A stretch of DNA of 64,000 nucleotides from an uncultured delta proteobacterium (GTDB lineage Bacteria; Desulfobacterota; Binatia; UBA9968), in contig CAWDPO010000034.1 of assembly GCA_963804165.1 (NCBI GenBank), positions 64,001 through 128,000 on the forward strand, given 5' to 3'. Made by a program: the position numbers and the translations under genes. The notes beneath the pieces are model-generated. The model was not told the DNA's origin and did no database searches. It worked only from the letters and a program-made list of their open reading frames with translations. Positions within the stretch are counted from its first letter, which is position 1. Each line of letters begins with the position of its first letter. Shown piece after piece: positions 61,332 to 64,000 of the stretch.

Positions 61332-62801
61332 ATGACCATGGAGCATCGAGCGGCAGAGATACACGATGGGCTGAAGCACCCGGTGATCGACGGCGACGGT
61401 CATTGGTTGGAGCCGATCCCGGTCTTCCTTGAGTACTTGAGCGAAGTGGGCGGCGCGAAATCTGTCGATCAAATCAGAGCACTGTGGCGCGGCAGGGACG
61501 CGTGGTACCGGGCCACACCACAGGAGCGTCAGCACAGCCGACTGCGTCGAGCCATCTGGTGGGGTGTGACCGCCAATACGCTCGACAAGGCAACGGCGTT
61601 GCTGCCGGCGTTGCTGAACGAACGCCTGCCCGAATTGGGCATCGATTTCGCGCTGATCTATCCGAGCTTTGGGCTTAGCATCAACGGTATGGGCGAAGGC
61701 GACCTGCACCGGGCTTTGGTGCGGGCGTACAACATGATGACGGCTGACATGTTCGCGCCGTACGCTGAGCGGTTTGCGCCGGTAGCGATCGTGCCCACGT
61801 GCACTCCCGACGAAGCTCTTGAGGAACTCGAATACGCGGTCAAGCAGCGTGGCTTCAAGGCGATCATGCTGCGGGGAAATCAGGAACGAGCGGTTCCGAA
61901 CGCGGCGGAAGAAACCAAAGACCGGCAAAAGGCCGCCTGGTACTGTGACACCATTGCGCTTGACAGCCCCTATGACTACGAGCCGCTTTGGAAGCGGTGC
62001 GTCGAGCTCGGTGTGGCCGTGACCCAACACTCGGGCAGCGGGCGCTGGCAGGACCGCGCCTCGATCACCAACTTTACCTACAACCACGTCGGCCACTTCG
62101 CCGAATCGAACCATGCGTTTGCGCGCGGCGTTTTCCTCGGCGGTCTCGTGCGCCGCTATCCCAGCCTTAACTTTGGCTTCATGGAAGGCGGCGTGAGCTG
62201 GGCCTGTCAGATGTGCCTCGATATGATCGAGCACTGGGAGAAGCGCCGCCGTGCCGGCTTGCAATATCCGAGCACAACCAGCGTCGCCGAAATGCATCAG
62301 TTGATCGATCGCTATGGCGATCAAAAACTGAAAGCCAGCGCCGACGCGATCATGAACAACCTGGATGCTTTCCGCCCGGAGTGCAGCATCGAAGAACTGA
62401 GCCGGCCTGAGTTTGTCTCGGACGATTTTGAGGCGGCGGGAGTCAACTCAAAAGAGGATGTCCGGGCAGTCTTCTCCGGCAACTTTTATTTCGGCTGCGA
62501 GGCGGACGACCGGGCGACGATGTGGGCGTTCGATCCGCGCATGGGCGTGCGGCTCCGCCCGATCTTCAGCTCCGACTTCACGCATTTCGACGTGCCCGAT
62601 TTCAGGGAGGTGATTCCTGAAGCGTTCGAGTTGGTGGAGAAGGGTTTCGTGACGGAGCAGGATTTCCGGGAGTTCACGTTCACTAACGCCGCGCGTCTGC
62701 ACACGCGCAACAACCCGGCCTTCTTCGAGGGCACCGTCGTCGAGCACGCGGTGGCCGATGAGCTTGGACTGAAGACGCCGCTGTCAGCAGCGAAAGCCTG
62801 A
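61332..62801 (+). CDS. amidohydrolase family protein (long type)
   Basis: VIDGDGH, FMEGG, FGCEADD, FSSDFTHFDV. Confidence 0.88.
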   Translation: MTMEHRAAEIHDGLKHPVIDGDGHWLEPIPVFLEYLSEVGGAKSVDQIRALWRGRDAWYRATPQERQHSRLRRAIWWGVTANTLDKATALLPALLNERLPELGIDFALIYPSFGLSINGMGEGDLHRALVRAYNMMTADMFAPYAERFAPVAIVPTCTPDEALEELEYAVKQRGFKAIMLRGNQERAVPNAAEETKDRQKAAWYCDTIALDSPYDYEPLWKRCVELGVAVTQHSGSGRWQDRASITNFTYNHVGHFAESNHAFARGVFLGGLVRRYPSLNFGFMEGGVSWACQMCLDMIEHWEKRRRAGLQYPSTTSVAEMHQLIDRYGDQKLKASADAIMNNLDAFRPECSIEELSRPEFVSDDFEAAGVNSKEDVRAVFSGNFYFGCEADDRATMWAFDPRMGVRLRPIFSSDFTHFDVPDFREVIPEAFELVEKGFVTEQDFREFTFTNAARLHTRNNPAFFEGTVVEHAVADELGLKTPLSAAKA

Positions 62802-62822
62802 GGGGATTATAACATCGAAGCG

Positions 62823-62915
62823 TGTTCAAAACGTTCAAGTCGTTCAACCGCTGCGCTCCGTTCAATGCCTTGCGGCGGTTCAAGGTTCAATCGTTCAAGA
62901 GTTCAAAGGAAGATA
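62823..62915 (+). repeat. GTTCAA element truncated before the palindrome
   Basis: gttcaaccgctgcgctccgttcaa matches 53495-53519. Confidence 0.75.
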
Positions 62916-63225
62916 AGCCGGTCGGGAGGAACAGGGTCAGGTCTTGCAACGACACATCTCGTCGGATAGAGAAGGCGGTGACAGACAAGAATACCTCGAT
63001 CTGATATCTCAATGGGCCCCGCCACCCGCGCGTGATTTCCGCCTGCTGTCAGATGAGTAATCAGGACTGCTTAGTGGTGGTGCGCCGACAGAATCACCTG
63101 TCCCCGGAAGTTTTCGGTTCTGTCACCTGCAAATTCTGACGGTAAGCATCCCATGCTCACGAGCGCCGATGGTCGTGTTATGAATGGCCTGACAGTTGTT
63201 GCTGCGCGGCAAGGAGGAAGTACGA

Positions 63226-64000
63226 ATGCGCGACGGTTTTAAGATTTTTGATTCGGACACCCACCTCAATCCTTCGGCCGAAACCTTGGAGCCTTACTTC
63301 GACGGCGCCATGCGCAAGCGGCTGCCGGAGTGGGAGAGCTGCAAGGTTCCGTTTCGCGTCGGCTGGGCCGGCGAGATTTTAGAGCCGCCTTATCGCCACC
63401 GCTACCGGTTTAAGCAAAGAGCCGGCTGGCGTGAGGAGCTGCGGATTTTAGGAGAGGCGGGGCCTAGAGAACATATCGCACCGCATTTCCCGAAGTTCAT
63501 GGGCAGCCGCTTTCCGACGCCCGGCGGGTCTGATGACGACAACGAAGCGCGGGTTCGGGATATGGACGAGGAGGGAGTGGACGTGCAGCTCATGCTTCCC
63601 GGACTGCCGCCGGCCACGGACGACGCCGAAATCGAGATCGGCTTTATCCGCGCCAACCATCGCTTTACCGATGACTTCTGCCGCAAGCATCCGCATCGTC
63701 TGAAGTCTCTCATTGTGGTGAGCAGCAGAGCGATCGAACAATCGGTGCAAGAAATCAAAGCGTGGGCGCGTGCGCCATGGGTCGCCGGCGTCTATCCCAA
63801 TTTGGCCGAAGGCGTTCCCATCGACCATCCGGACCTGGAGCCGATCTGGGCTGCGGCCAACGATGCAGGGCTCTGCGTCGCGCATCACAGTTTCACTTCC
63901 GGCTATCCCGGCTACCGCGATCTCTGGGACAACCCATTCATCGGCCGCACTGCATCGCACCCGTGGGGCGCAATGAGGGCGGTGAGCGCATTTTTCGGCG
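63226..64000 (+). CDS. amidohydrolase family protein, 3' truncated by window edge (absent from ORF track)
   Basis: AAGGAGG RBS; MRDGFKIFDSDTH; DMDEEGVDV. Confidence 0.85.
   Translation, partial: MRDGFKIFDSDTHLNPSAETLEPYFDGAMRKRLPEWESCKVPFRVGWAGEILEPPYRHRYRFKQRAGWREELRILGEAGPREHIAPHFPKFMGSRFPTPGGSDDDNEARVRDMDEEGVDVQLMLPGLPPATDDAEIEIGFIRANHRFTDDFCRKHPHRLKSLIVVSSRAIEQSVQEIKAWARAPWVAGVYPNLAEGVPIDHPDLEPIWAAANDAGLCVAHHSFTSGYPGYRDLWDNPFIGRTASHPWGAMRAVSAFFG

Noticed and set aside
50544-62915. CRISPR array from GTTCAA/GTTTC repeats
   Set aside because: Units are degenerate, spacing is irregular at kb scale, there are no uniform spacers and no cas genes
48076-62915. Classical integron cassette array
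   Set aside because: No intI in the window, no clear RYYYAAC/GTTRRRY attC ends, and intervening genes are in mixed orientation with their own upstream regions
1-64000. tRNA, rRNA or prophage genes
   Set aside because: No cloverleaf, rRNA or phage hallmark genes recognised by eye; tRNAscan-SE would be decisive

Overview
GC-rich bacterial chromosomal window. Gene content resembles Candidatus Binatia/UBA9968-like Deltaproteobacteria (inference): about 10 orphan solute-binding proteins and 5 amidohydrolases. Core content: a methylcitrate operon (prpC-prpD-prpB) divergent from acuI and a double-domain family III CoA-transferase; a GT2-GtrA-GT39 triple-fusion glycosyltransferase; a thiolase/DUF35 pair; three crotonase paralogs with an IS630-interrupted ADP-forming acyl-CoA ligase; two tandem alpha/beta hydrolases; two methyltransferases; a MacAB-type exporter; and an accessory zone (about 48-64 kb). 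No rRNA, tRNA or CRISPR array was seen. The most unusual signal is non-coding. (1) A family of co-oriented elements, each a GTTCAA ladder plus an 18-32 bp palindrome whose symmetry survives sequence change, punctuates the accessory zone; a decayed HUH/RAYT transposase fragment sits between two copies. (2) An IS1111-type IS110 recombinase and an IS1182 both sit inside the same CCTTCG..GCTCAGG repeat family, the IS1182 as the innermost layer of a nested insertion. (3) Miniature elements with ends resembling different IS families carry REP-like hairpin pairs. A 34-aa membrane protein missed by the ORF track was also found. Several single-base frameshifts lie in short homopolymers and may be sequencing errors.
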